Below, in pieces: positions 1 through 9,294 of a stretch of 20,000 nt of DNA (position 1 is the first letter of the stretch; every line of letters starts with the position of its first letter). The position numbers and the translations under genes are program-made. The notes beneath the pieces were generated by a model, which had not been told where the DNA came from, searched no databases, and saw only the letters and a list, made by a program, of their open reading frames with translations. The DNA comes from Vicugna vicugna (lineage: Eukaryota): positions 474,528 to 494,527 of the forward strand of contig MU058441.1 of the NCBI GenBank assembly GCA_013265495.1. Reading direction: 5' to 3'.

Positions 1-571
1 TTCCTACTTGAGCTCTTTGACCGTAAGTCCTCTTCAGCTTTGCTTACTTAAATTTTATTGCTATTCAAGAATTAGAGGGGAAGGAGGTTGCCCTTGAACC
101 TGCCTGCTTGTTTTTCCTGAGCCCAAGGTAGGTAGCCCTTCAGGAAGGTGGAGCGTCAGAAATCCTCAAAGGGGTGAAAAAAAATTTATCTCAGCTGTGG
201 AGGGTTAAAACTTGCATGGACATTATTTGAATACCTCTTAGCTCTGATTTAGCTTGGGGATGGAGGGGAGAACGTTAGAAAAGCCTTCCACGTGTGTCTG
301 TCCCTTTCTGCGTCCTGAAATTAAGCCTAGCTTATTGAGATTTTCTTGTTTTTTGGCAAAGACCTAAAGAAACTGGGGTTGGGACTCATTGTGGGGCTCG
401 CTTTCCTGGAGGCTTGCTGGGGCTTGCTGAGGAGGTGGTCTTAGAAGGATGGAGGGGCGCTGGTTGGGGGGAGGCTGGTGGAGGGGTGTTGGGGGAGGGG
501 CATGGGGGAGTTGTCCCTGTCTCCCCCTTGCTAGTCTTTCGGCTGTGGGAGGCAGCTCAGTTCCCGTTCTC

Positions 572-675
572 CTTTTTTATTTGGTGGGGGAGGGGGGTAA
601 TTAGGTACTGGGGATCAAACCCAGGACCTCATGCATGCTAGGCAGGCACTCTACCACTGAGCTGGACCCTCCCGC
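572..675 (-). mobile_element. Camelid tRNA-derived SINE (Vic-1-like)
   Basis: Reverse complement reads GGGAGGGTCCAGCTCAGTGGTAGAGTGCCTGCCTAGCATGCATGAGGTCCTGGGTTTGATCCCCAGTACC (Pol III A/B boxes) plus A-rich tail; homologous to four other copies in the window. Confidence 0.88.
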
Positions 676-824
676 CTTGAGTTCCCTTACATTACAGCCC
701 ATAGGTGCTTGGAAGTACAGTTGGGAGAAACTTTGTTAGCTTTTCAATTGTATTCCTCATTTATTTCTTAATGTTCTTGTCCTTTGCATCGGATAGTAGG
801 GTTTTTAAGATTATGCTCTGACGC

Positions 825-1345
825 GGTTTCAGGAAATGTCCACGAAGTCTTTGACATTCTGTCCACTGAAAGGTGGTGGTGGTGAGGTCTGTGTTCTTCC
901 CTCGCCTGGAACCTGGGCAGATTTGTAACTCACTTGTAATCAACAGAGTGTGATGGAAATGATGGAAATGTGAATTCTGAGACCAGGTCGGAATAAATGC
1001 TTGCCCTTCAGCCTTGTTTCTGAAGTCTGAGCGCAGGTGGCAGAGAGGCCACGTGTAGGTGCTGTGGTCAGTATCTCCAGCGGAGGGCTCAGCAGACAGC
1101 CCACATCAGACGCCAGAGTGGGGAGTGAAGGTGTCTCCACGTGAGTCCAGCCTCTAGCAGTTGGGCCTTCCAGCCCTGGAGGCTTCCCAACGGAGGCCCC
1201 AGAGGTTGTGCAACAGAGACCGGCCTTTTCTGCTGGCCTCATCTGGATCTCTGACCCACAGAATCTGGGAGCAAATTAAGATGTTTGTTTTAAACCTTTA
1301 CATTTTGGGGTAACCTGTTCTAAAGCAATAATAATCAGTAAAACA
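825..1345 (+). mobile_element. MLT1-family MaLR solo LTR (MLT1F/G-like)
   Basis: Typical MLT1 blocks: 'ctttgacattctgtccactgaaaggtgg', 'gagaggccacgtgtaggtgct', and 3' end 'ctgacccacagaatc...ttttggggtaacctgttctaaagcaataataatcagtaaaaca'. Confidence 0.8.
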
Positions 1346-1689
1346 CACTCCTCAGCTGAGCCTCCCGCCCCTCTCTGTTCAATTAGAAGCTCGGAGGGCG
1401 GTAACTGAGAACTCATGGTCCCCGCGGGCCCACCGGCTCCCAAGAAGGAAAGAAAACGGAGGAGCCGAGTCAAGGGTTCCCTTTTATTCTTCCCCTAATT
1501 ACCAGTGAGATTTCTCATTGCCCCAAGACCTGGACCTTTACATGGATGAAGCTTCCTCATCAAAGAAACATCAGGAGAAGGGACAAGTGTTCACCTCTTT
1601 CAAGAGGGTATTTTACAGAGTTTATTCTACATCTTTCCACCCCCTCGAACTATTTCAGCTTACTCTTTTATTTCCTTTCATTTTCTTTT

Positions 1690-1800
1690 ATTGTCATAAT
1701 ATAAATTATAGTAAAGTTAAAGGAATAAGTTATAATAAATTTAGGTTATATAATTTAAAAGTTATAAAACTTAGTTATAATAAAAGAATAAAAATCCTTT
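1690..1800. repeat. AT-rich low-complexity tract with repeated GTTATA(A) units
   Basis: Directly visible, e.g. aagttataataaa, aagttataaaa, tagttataataaaa. Confidence 0.7.
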
Positions 1801-2445
1801 TATTTGTTTTCTCTCATTTTAGGGTTTCTCTTCAAATGTCTCATGTTCCTTGGCTATCTCTTCCCACATGTGTGCGGAATTACAACTCTGGAAGCTGTGA
1901 GTATGCGGGCCTCATACAGGGAAATCGGTACGTGAAAGGGCTCTGTTGTTGGGTTTACCCTCACCTGTTAGTTAGAGCAAGAAGGGCTTTTCTCTGGAGG
2001 GGTTTCATTCTGCAGAAAAGGACTGTCCCGTTTCCTGCTTCAGTAGTCTGAGCTGCTCGCAAATCTAGGAGCAGGTTAGGGAAGGACTGAGGTCCCCATC
2101 ACTTGGTGTCAAGTTTCACTTAATCTTCCTGTGTTCAGTGCAATACCTCACCCCACTCCCTCTACTCAACCTGGTCTCCCCAACCCTGGAACCTCTCATT
2201 TCTTCATAAGATAAGCCTCCTGTCTCTCGCAGTGTGGAAGGTGCCAGCCTGCAAATGTGGGATTCATGGGGGTTTAGTGGTCTGGTCTCTCAGTAACACA
2301 CTTCCAAGTACCTCCTCATTTTAGCTTCCTGTCTCACCTACAGTTTTTGTGTTACCTTGAATCTCCAAGGGCTAAACCTTTCCAGGTTCTGTGAGGTTTA
2401 ATTGGCTCATTTCCCAGTGGGCATCCCTCTTCAAGTTAGGAAGAA
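1800..2445 (-). mobile_element. Ancient HAL1/L1M-type 5' region fragment
   Basis: Resembles remembered HAL1 antisense consensus (cttaatcttcctgtgttcagtgcaatacctcacc...; ccttgaatctccaagggctaaacctttccaggttctgtg); boundaries approximate. Confidence 0.55.
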
Positions 2446-2740
2446 TAAATTGCCCAAAGCTACACATGGAACTCAGGCTCCACCTCAGGTTTGTCCATCC
2501 TCAAATCTCCATATTTCTTATTTTATAAAACCAGAATAAAGCCTGATAATCTTAATTTCAGAATATGGATGCAGGATCCCTAAATGTTAACAAACTCAAT
2601 TTACCACAATATGGAAAAATATATACAAGGCAAGCAACTCAGGTCCTTCAAATGCCCAGAAGAAAAGATGAAGAGAGACCTACCAAGACACTATCATGAA
2701 ATTTCAGAACACTGGGGTGAAGAGATTTAAAAACTTTGAG

Positions 2741-3073
2741 CTGTTTGTATATTCTGGAAATTAAACCCTCATCAGTTGCATCACTTGCAAATATTTTCAC
2801 CCAGTCCATAGGTTGTCTTTTCAGTTTGTTTATGGTTTCCTTTGCTATGCAAAGCTTGTAAGTTTAACTGGGTCCCCTTTGTTTATTTTTGCTTTTATTT
2901 CTATTACCTTGGCAGACTGACCTAGGAGAACGTTGCTGGGATTTATGTCAGAGAATGCCTGTATTCTCTTCTAGGAGATTTATGGTGTCCTATCTTATGT
3001 TTAAATCTTTAAGCCATTTTGAATTTATTTTTGTGTATGGTGTAAGGGAGTATTCTAACTTCATTGATTTACA
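2741..3073 (-). mobile_element. L1 ORF2 segment, inverted 5' part of a twin-primed L1
   Basis: Minus-strand translation contains [19 protein letters not shown], a hallmark L1 ORF2p motif. Confidence 0.9.
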
Positions 3074-3417
3074 AAACAGAAACAGACTTGTAGACATAGA
3101 AAACAAACTTATGGTTCCCAAAGGGGAAAGAGAGGGGAGGGATAAATTAGGAGTTCGGGATTTGTAGATACTACTACACATAAAATAGATAAATAATAAT
3201 TTTATGCTGTGTAGCACAGGGAACTATATTCAATATCTTATAATAACCTGTAATGAAAAAATATGAAAAAGAATATGTATAGATGTATAACTGAATCACT
3301 ATGCTGTACACCGGAAACTAACATAACATTGTAAATCAGCTATACTTAAAAAAAATTTTTTTGAGGGGGGAGGTAATTAAGTTTCTTTATGTATTTTTAA
3401 GTAATTTTTATTTTCAT

Positions 3418-3452
<35 letters not shown>

Positions 3453-3556
3453 TTTTTTAGTGGAGGTCCTGGGGATTGAATCCAGGACCTTGTGCATGCT
3501 AAGCACACACTACCACTAAGCTATACCCTCCCCACTCAACTATACTTTTTCATTAG
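3067..3556 (+). mobile_element. L1 3' end (artiodactyl type), interrupted by a SINE
   Basis: 'acaaaacagaaacagac...gaaaacaaacttatggtt...gtagcacagggaactatattcaatatctt...ctgaatcactatgctgtacacc' is an artiodactyl L1 3'UTR. Confidence 0.88.
3356..3533 (-). mobile_element. Camelid SINE (Vic-1-like) with (TTTA)n-expanded tail
   Basis: SINE body 3460-3533; flanking duplication TCAGCTATACTT (3336-3347) / TCAACTATACTT (3536-3547). Confidence 0.9.
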
Positions 3557-4040
3557 AAAAATCTTTGAGAGAGAAAAAGAGAGATGGAGATCGGGAATCA
3601 GATTTGGCTCTGCATTGGTTGATGAATAACACTGGAAGTTAAGAAGACAATAGAGCAATCCCTTCAAAATTCTGAAACAGAATGATTTTCAACCTAGAAT
3701 TCTCCACCCAGCTCAATTATCAACCCAACATGAGGGTAAATAAAGACACTTTCAGGTACACAAGATTGCAAAGCATTTCCCTCCCATGCATCCTTTCTGA
3801 AGAAGCTCCTGGAGGCTGTGCTGTAAACCAAGAGGAAGGCATGGGATACAACATACAGGAATCTGACACAGGAGAAAAGTAAAGGGAATCCTCAGGGCGA
3901 GGGTGATCGGAGATTCCAGGATGACAGCTGTACACTAGATGCAGAAGGAAACAAATTCAGGTTGAAGCCGTGCAACTCCAGAGAGAGACAGGTTGCGGGC
4001 TGCCGCCCCCATGAGCCCCACTACCGTCATGCAAACTTCC

Positions 4041-4628
4041 TTTGGTATAATTTTTTAAAATTTTTATTTTTTTGATTTATAATGTGTTAGTTTCTGGTGT
4101 GCAGCATAGTGATTCAGTTACACACACACAGACATGCACATACTCTTTTTCAGTACAGGTTACTATAAGCCACTGAATATAATTCTCTGGGCTGTACAGT
4201 AGGACCTTGTTGTTTTATCTATTCTGTACATAGTAGTTTGTATCAGTCAATCCCAAACTTCCAGTTTATCCCTCCCTCCCTCTCCCCTCCCCCAACTCCA
4301 GTACCATAAGTTTGTTTTCTATGTCTATGAGTCTGTTTCTGTTTTGTAAATTAGTCATCTGTGTCATTTTTTAAGATTCTACATATAGATGATATCATAT
4401 GATGTTTGTCTTTCTCTGACTTAATTCACTTAGTATGATGATCTCCAGGTCCATTGGTCCATCCACGTTGCTGCCAATGACATTATTTCATTCCTTTTTA
4501 TGGCCGAGTAGTGTTCCATTGTATATATATACCACATTTTCTTTATCCATTCATCTGTTGATGGACATTTAGGCTGCTTCTGTGTCTTGGCTATTGTAGA
4601 AAAGTGCTGTTATGAACGTTAGGGTGCA
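4041..4628 (-). mobile_element. 5'-truncated L1 (ORF2 C-terminus + 3'UTR)
   Basis: T-rich tail, 'ctttatccattcatctgttgatggacatttaggctgcttc'; TSD CCGTCATGCAAACTTC (4024-4039) / CCATCCTGCAAACTTC (4629-4644), 14/16 identical. Confidence 0.92.
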
Positions 4629-5099
4629 CCATCCTGCAAACTTCTAAATCAAGGATAAAATGCCCAGAGAGTCTGGCCCAGATTTTTCTCTGTACTTCAC
4701 CCACATGCTGATCACTCCTGCATGTCCTGCTGCCTGATCTGCTGTGCATACTGTCTAGAAATGTTCTGCTTTGACCTCTTCTAGGAGTTGGAGGGAAGTC
4801 ACGGTCAGCAGAAAATCCAGAGCAGCCTTTCCCTCTGACTGTCTCCTGGCCGAACACCTGCAACCTGGCCTGTGCTACAGTGCTGCCACATGTCTTACCT
4901 GTGCTGACCCTGATGCCCTGTGTTACGCATCATCTTACTCAATGGTTTTCCCATAAAAGGCTCTTACAAATGCCCAAGGAAGCTGCAGCCAGACCATGAC
5001 CCAGAAACATTTCAGCTTATCTTCTCTTTCAACAGTGGCAGCATCGCCCTTTCCTTACCCTTCTTGACTGATGCTCGCCACTCAGATTTTCAAAACTGA

Positions 5100-5368
5100 G
5101 TACTATTTCAGGATGCATATATAGGCGGAAAACTGAAAGGAAAAATGGGACCGATCACCATAAAAGTGACACAGTGGTTAGCACTGGGGGGTGTAGAGAA
5201 GACGGCAATTGAGGAGGAATAAACAGAGGCTTGGAAAGGACTGGCTATGTTTTGTCTCTCAAACTGGGTAGATGACTGTTTGCTCCATTATTACATTTAA
5301 GTTGCACAAATGATTTTTATTGCCTCTTTTATTTGAGTGATGCATTTCACAACAAACCACTTTAAAAA
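5100..5368 (+). mobile_element. Old L1ME-type 3' end fragment
   Basis: 'ggatgcatatataggcggaaaact...caccataaaagtgacacagtggtta...ctggctatgttttgtctctcaaactggg...atttcacaa' pattern. Confidence 0.55.
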
Positions 5369-5645
5369 TCAGGTGATGTTACTCAATAAGTGAGGAAATG
5401 AATGGGGATGTGCTGAACTAAGAGATGTTCATCCAGAATCTTTGAACAATGAAAACACCTGCAAAGAGAAAGGAGAGGAAGAGACATGTGTGTCTGGCTC
5501 TTACTGTTGCAGGGGACAGAGACTTGCTTAATTTAACTCAAAAAAGGAGAGGGAGGTTGTTCTGAGCCTACATGTGGCATAAACTGAAGGATAAAACTTA
5601 GAAACCTTTTCACTCTCCCTACAGGCATCTCTGTGTCTGTCTGCT

Positions 5646-5708
5646 CTGTCCCCTATTGGCTATATAGTAAACCTCCTCCGAGTTTACTATATAGCCAATA
5701 GGGGATAG
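5646..5708. repeat. Inverted repeat: 24-bp perfect stem (27 bp with one G-T pair), 9-nt loop
   Basis: TCCCCTATTGGCTATATAGTAAAC (5649-5672) is the exact reverse complement of GTTTACTATATAGCCAATAGGGGA (5682-5705). Confidence 0.97.
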
Positions 5709-6165
5709 TAATAGCTACATAGTAAACCTCCCCCAAGTTCTTTGGCATAAAACAGCAGTCATCATTTATTTATTGGCTCATAAGTCTGTGATTTGGGAAG
5801 GGATTGGCAGGAACAGCTCATGTCTGCTCCATGAAGTGTTGGCTGGGTCAGCTGGCCTGGGGCTGGAGGATGTGGATGGCTTTACCCATATGTGTGGCTT
5901 CTCAGCTTAGGTGTCTAGAACAGCTAGGGGCTGGCTGGACCAATCTCTCCAGCAGGGCTTCTTTACCTGGTGACTCAAGGCTCCAAGAGAAGTAAAGCAG
6001 AAGCTGTCAGGCCCCTTAAGCACTAGGTCCAGAACTGGCACTGTGTTGCTTCTGCTGCATTTTGTTGGCCAAAGTTAGTTCATACTATGGGAGGAGAAAT
6101 AGACTTCACCTCTTGATGGGTAGGTAGTGTGGTGCTTACAGAGATGGGAAGGACACTTACAGACT

Positions 6166-6288
6166 TTTTTTTTTGCCAGAGGGAAGTAATTAGGTTTACT
6201 TATTTTTTTTAATGGAAGTACTGGGGACTGAACCCAGGACCTTGTGCGTGCTAGGCATGTACTCTACCACTGAGCTATACCCTCCCCC
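6166..6288 (-). mobile_element. Camelid SINE (Vic-1-like)
   Basis: gtactggggactgaacccaggaccttgtgcgtgctaggcatgtactctaccactgagctataccctcccc plus T tail. Confidence 0.9.
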
Positions 6289-6458
6289 AACTTGGGGGCT
6301 ATTTTTGGAGACAATTTGCCGTATCTTTTCTCCCACCACATACTTTTGATTTGCATATAATTTTAGTTTGCTGGTGCCTTACCTCCACTCATGTTTTTCT
6401 GTCACCTCCACTTTATTGCTAACTAGCAAATTCTTTTTGTGTTTTTAGGTTCAAATTC

Positions 6459-7116
6459 TTTTTTTTTTTAATTTTTTAATTTTTTTAAATTTTTTTTGCA
6501 TTTTTTATTGATTCATAATCATTTTACAGTGTTGTGTCAAATTCCAGTGTTCAGCACAATTTTCCAGTCATTCATGGACATATACACACTCATTGTCACA
6601 TTTTTTTCTCTGTGATTTATCATAACATTTTGTGTATATTTCCCTGTGCTATACAGTGTAATCTTGTTTATCTATTCTACAATTTTGAAATCCCAGTCTA
6701 TCCCTTCCCACCCTCTACCCACCCCGTAACCACAAGTCTGTATTCTCTGTCCATGAGTCTATTTCTGTCCTGTATTTATGCTTTGTTTTTGTTTGTTTGT
6801 TTGTTTTTGTTTTTGTTTTTTAGATTCCACATATGAGCGATCTCATGTGGTATTTTTCTTTCTCTTTCTGGCTTACTTCACTTAGAATGACATTCTCTAG
6901 GAGCATCCATGTTGCTGCAAATGGCATTATGTTGTCGGTTTTTATGGCTGAGTAGTGTTCCATTGTATAAATATACCACCTCTTCTTTATCCAGTCCCCT
7001 GTTGATGGACATTTAGGCTGTTTCCATGTTTTGGCTATTGTAAATAGTGCTGCTATGAACATTGGGGTGCAGGTGTCATCCTGAAGTAGATTTCCTTCTG
7101 GATACAAGCCCAGGAG
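6459..7116 (-). mobile_element. Young 5'-truncated L1 (ORF2 C-terminus + 3'UTR + poly-A)
   Basis: ORF 6820-7107(-) DTCTPMFIAALFTIAKTWKQPKCPS...YHMRSLICGI is an uninterrupted L1 ORF2p C-terminus; poly-T tract from 6459. Confidence 0.95.
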
Positions 7117-7296
7117 GGAGAATGATTTCTTTCAATTATCAAAGAGCATTAAGTCAGTAGTGTCAAGGGGCCACTGGACTTCAGTCTCTGCTTTGCGGAG
7201 AGACCTGGGACCTTGCCTGCTTTGCAGCCCTTCTCTCCTGCGGGGACGGACCCCCACTGTCTTCTGATCCTGCCCTTCCCTGTTCCTTCCCTCTAG

Positions 7297-7383
7297 CTCC
7301 TCATCCCCCACCTGCGATACACCATGGAAATCAACATCCGGGCCAGGACTGGGCTGGTCTCTGACTTTGGAGTTTTTGACCAG
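7297..7383 (+). CDS. ALOX15: Arachidonate 12/15-lipoxygenase exon 9 ([29 protein letters not shown])
   Basis: Pyrimidine tract + TAG acceptor, GTATGA donor, 87 nt; matches ALOX15 '[18 protein letters not shown]'. Confidence 0.95.
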
Positions 7384-7472
7384 GTATGAGGAGAGAAAGG
7401 CGGATCCTGGAGTTTACACTCCCCCTGCGTGTGGCAGGTGGATTTGTCTGACCCACTGGCCTTGCTCCTCAG

Positions 7473-7642
7473 GTGGTGAGCACAGGTGGCAGCGGCCACG
7501 TGGAGCTGCTCAAGCGAGCGGGAGCCTTTCTAACGTATAGCTCGTTCTGTCCCCCGGATGACCTGGCTGACCGAGGCCTCCTGGGAGTCAAGTCTTGTTT
7601 CTACACCCAAGATGCCCTGGGGCTCTGGAAAATCATCTCTCG
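7473..7642 (+). CDS. ALOX15: ALOX15 exon 10 ([57 protein letters not shown])
   Basis: CAG acceptor, GTGAGG donor, 170 nt, open frame with lipoxygenase PDDLADRG motif. Confidence 0.95.
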
Positions 7643-7818
7643 GTGAGGCAGGGGGCAGACACATCTGGGGTGGGGTGGGGATGGAGGCTGGGAGAACAGG
7701 AGGTCTGTGCGCCAGTTTGGGGGCGGTGAGCCCCGGCCTGGCTGTGCCCACGAGGAGCAGAGGGCCGGCGGGCCCCCTGTCAACCGCAGCCCTCTTGCCC
7801 TGGTCCCTGCGCTGGCAG

Positions 7819-7940
7819 CTACGTGGCGGGAATTGTGAGTCTCCACTATGAGACGGACGAGTCTGTGAAAGAGGACCTTGAGCTGCAGACCTGGTGTCGG
7901 GAGATCACTGAGGTTTGGCTGCTGGGGGCCCAGGACCGAG
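7819..7940 (+). CDS. ALOX15: ALOX15 exon 11 ([41 protein letters not shown])
   Basis: CAG acceptor, GTGAGA donor, 122 nt, phase-compatible with neighbours; [10 protein letters not shown] motif. Confidence 0.95.
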
Positions 7941-8124
7941 GTGAGATGAGCCCAGAGATCTCCCACACGAGAGATTCCTCCTGGGAACCCCCAAAATCCT
8001 CTCTACTTCTATGGAAACATTCAGAAGCATTTCCAACCGCTACAAAAACACCCAAAGCCTTCCCAAATTTCTTTTGCTCTCAACTAGAGACAGGTCCCCA
8101 TCCTGTACACGGATGCAGTGGGAC

Positions 8125-8320
8125 CAGTGGTTGTGTATAAACGTTTAACAACTGGCTCTCTAGGGGGAAATATGCCCTAATTTGTAGCCTTTGCCCATTT
8201 CCATGGTGTAAATATTCACACCGAGGCTTCCAAGGGGATGTCAGCCAGCCTGCTACATATCTGCACATTTGCCATCATTGGCTCTTGTGAGCCTGTATGA
8301 GCCACATCAGGACCCTGTGG
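8125..8320 (-). mobile_element. MER63-like hAT DNA transposon remnant in intron 11
   Basis: cagtgg...aaacgtttaacaactggctctc...gccctaatttgtagcctttgcccatttccatggtgtaaata...ggctcttgtgagcctgtatgagcc matches remembered MER63A antisense. Confidence 0.75.
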
Positions 8321-8502
8321 GTGGGACCCACTCAGCAGAGCTCCCCACTGCCTCCACCCCAACCCCTGCTCATGGCACGTCCCACAATAGTTACCAAGAG
8401 TCCTTGGCGTCCTTCTCGCGTCTCTTGTTCTCCCCCTCGGTCCCTCTGAGCTCTGCCTCCGTCCCTGGCCTCATAGCTTCTAACTCTCCCTCCCCACTGC
8501 AG

Positions 8503-8603
8503 GGTTTCCCGTCTCCTTACAGTCCAAGCACCAGCTTTGCCACTTCGTGACTATGTGCATCTTCACCTGCACTGGCCAGCACTCCTCCAGTCACCTGGGC
8601 CAG
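8503..8603 (+). CDS. ALOX15: ALOX15 exon 12 ([33 protein letters not shown])
   Basis: CAG acceptor, GT donor, 101 nt; iron-ligand HxxxH (His codons 8580-8582, 8592-8594). Confidence 0.95.
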
Positions 8604-8725
8604 GTGCTTATCACGGCAAGCAGCCGGGCATTTTCGCCTGGAGTGGGGAGGGCCGCTGTGGGAAGGTGGGCCGCGGGATTTCCGTGCTTAGCAGACACTG
8701 ACGGTAGCTATCCGCCCCTCCACAG

Positions 8726-8893
8726 CTGGACTGGTACGCTTGGGTCCCTAACGCGCCCTGCACGATGCGGCTGCCCCCGCCAACCACCAAGGATGTGACA
8801 CTGGAGGTGGTGATGGCAACACTGCCCAACTTTCATCAGGCTTCTCTCCAGATGTCCATCACCTGGCAACTGGGCAGACGCCAGCCCATTATG
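8726..8893 (+). CDS. ALOX15: ALOX15 exon 13 ([56 protein letters not shown])
   Basis: CAG acceptor, GTGAGA donor, 168 nt; [22 protein letters not shown] is ALOX15-specific versus ALOX12/ALOX12E. Confidence 0.96.
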
Positions 8894-9002
8894 GTGAGAG
8901 CCTGGTGCCCGGGTCGCAGGAAAGCGGGTGGATGCAGGGAGGTGTGGCACCCCAAACTGAGCATCAGTCCAGCTCTTAGCTGCCTTTTCCCCTCCATTCC
9001 AG

Positions 9003-9182
9003 GTGGCTCTGGGTCAGCATGAGGAGGAGTATTTTTCAGGCCCTGAGCCCAAGGCTGTGCTGAAGAAGTTTAGGGAGGAGCTGGCTGCCCTGGATAAGGA
9101 CATTGAGATCCGGAACGCAAAGCTGGACTTGCCCTATGAATACCTGCGGCCCAGCCTGGTGGAAAACAGTGTGGCCATATGA
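9003..9182 (+). CDS. ALOX15: ALOX15 exon 14 coding part ([59 protein letters not shown])
   Basis: CAG acceptor; ends in ENSVAI (C-terminal Ile iron ligand) and TGA at 9180-9182. Confidence 0.96.
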   Translation: MALGQHEEEYFSGPEPKAVLKKFREELAALDKDIEIRNAKLDLPYEYLRPSLVENSVAI

Positions 9183-9254
9183 GCACCCCCAGCCTTTGGC
9201 TGCTTCAGTCCCCTTCCAGCCAAGCCACACCCACCGCTTAGTGCTGTCAGTCTT

Positions 9255-9294
9255 GCCCGCCCCGAGCCCCATCCTCTTCCCAACTCCCACCCTC
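9255..9294 (+). promoter_or_regulatory. DICE-like CU-rich 3'UTR element
   Basis: CCCCATCCTCTTCCCAAC (9267-9284) and TCCCACCCTC resemble the 15-LOX DICE unit CCCCRCCCUCUUCCCCAAG. Confidence 0.65.

Larger units (their letters stand above)
2640..3975 (+). mobile_element. HAL1 (half-L1) ORF1 remnant, interrupted at 2741-3556 by a younger L1 and SINE
   Basis: 'catgaaatttcagaacactgggg' before the insertion and 'acactggaagttaagaagacaatagagcaatcccttcaaaattctg...ttttcaacctagaattctccacccagc' after it are collinear with HAL1/L1 ORF1. Confidence 0.7.
5646..6323 (-). mobile_element. MLT1-family MaLR solo LTR, interrupted by a SINE
   Basis: 'tggcataaaacagcagtcatcatttatttattggctcataagtctgtg', 'gcagaagctgtcaggccccttaag', 'ctgcattttgttggccaaag', terminal 'gggggctatttttggagacaatttgcc'. 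Confidence 0.78.

Noticed and set aside
1518..2051. 177-aa ORF, the longest in the track
   Set aside because: Runs through an AT-rich low-complexity tract and antisense repeat; non-ATG start; no recognisable domain
4771..4956. ORF with LLAEHL, considered as a decayed ALOX15 exon 8
   Set aside because: No WVRSSDFQ or HLLRGHL context; similarity limited to a few bases
7651..7680. G-run cluster in intron 10
   Set aside because: G-runs are common in short GC-rich introns; nothing distinctive
7297..9182. Assignment to ALOX12 or ALOX12E, or a processed pseudogene
   Set aside because: RARTGLVSD and [17 protein letters not shown] are ALOX15-type; introns with GT-AG ends are present
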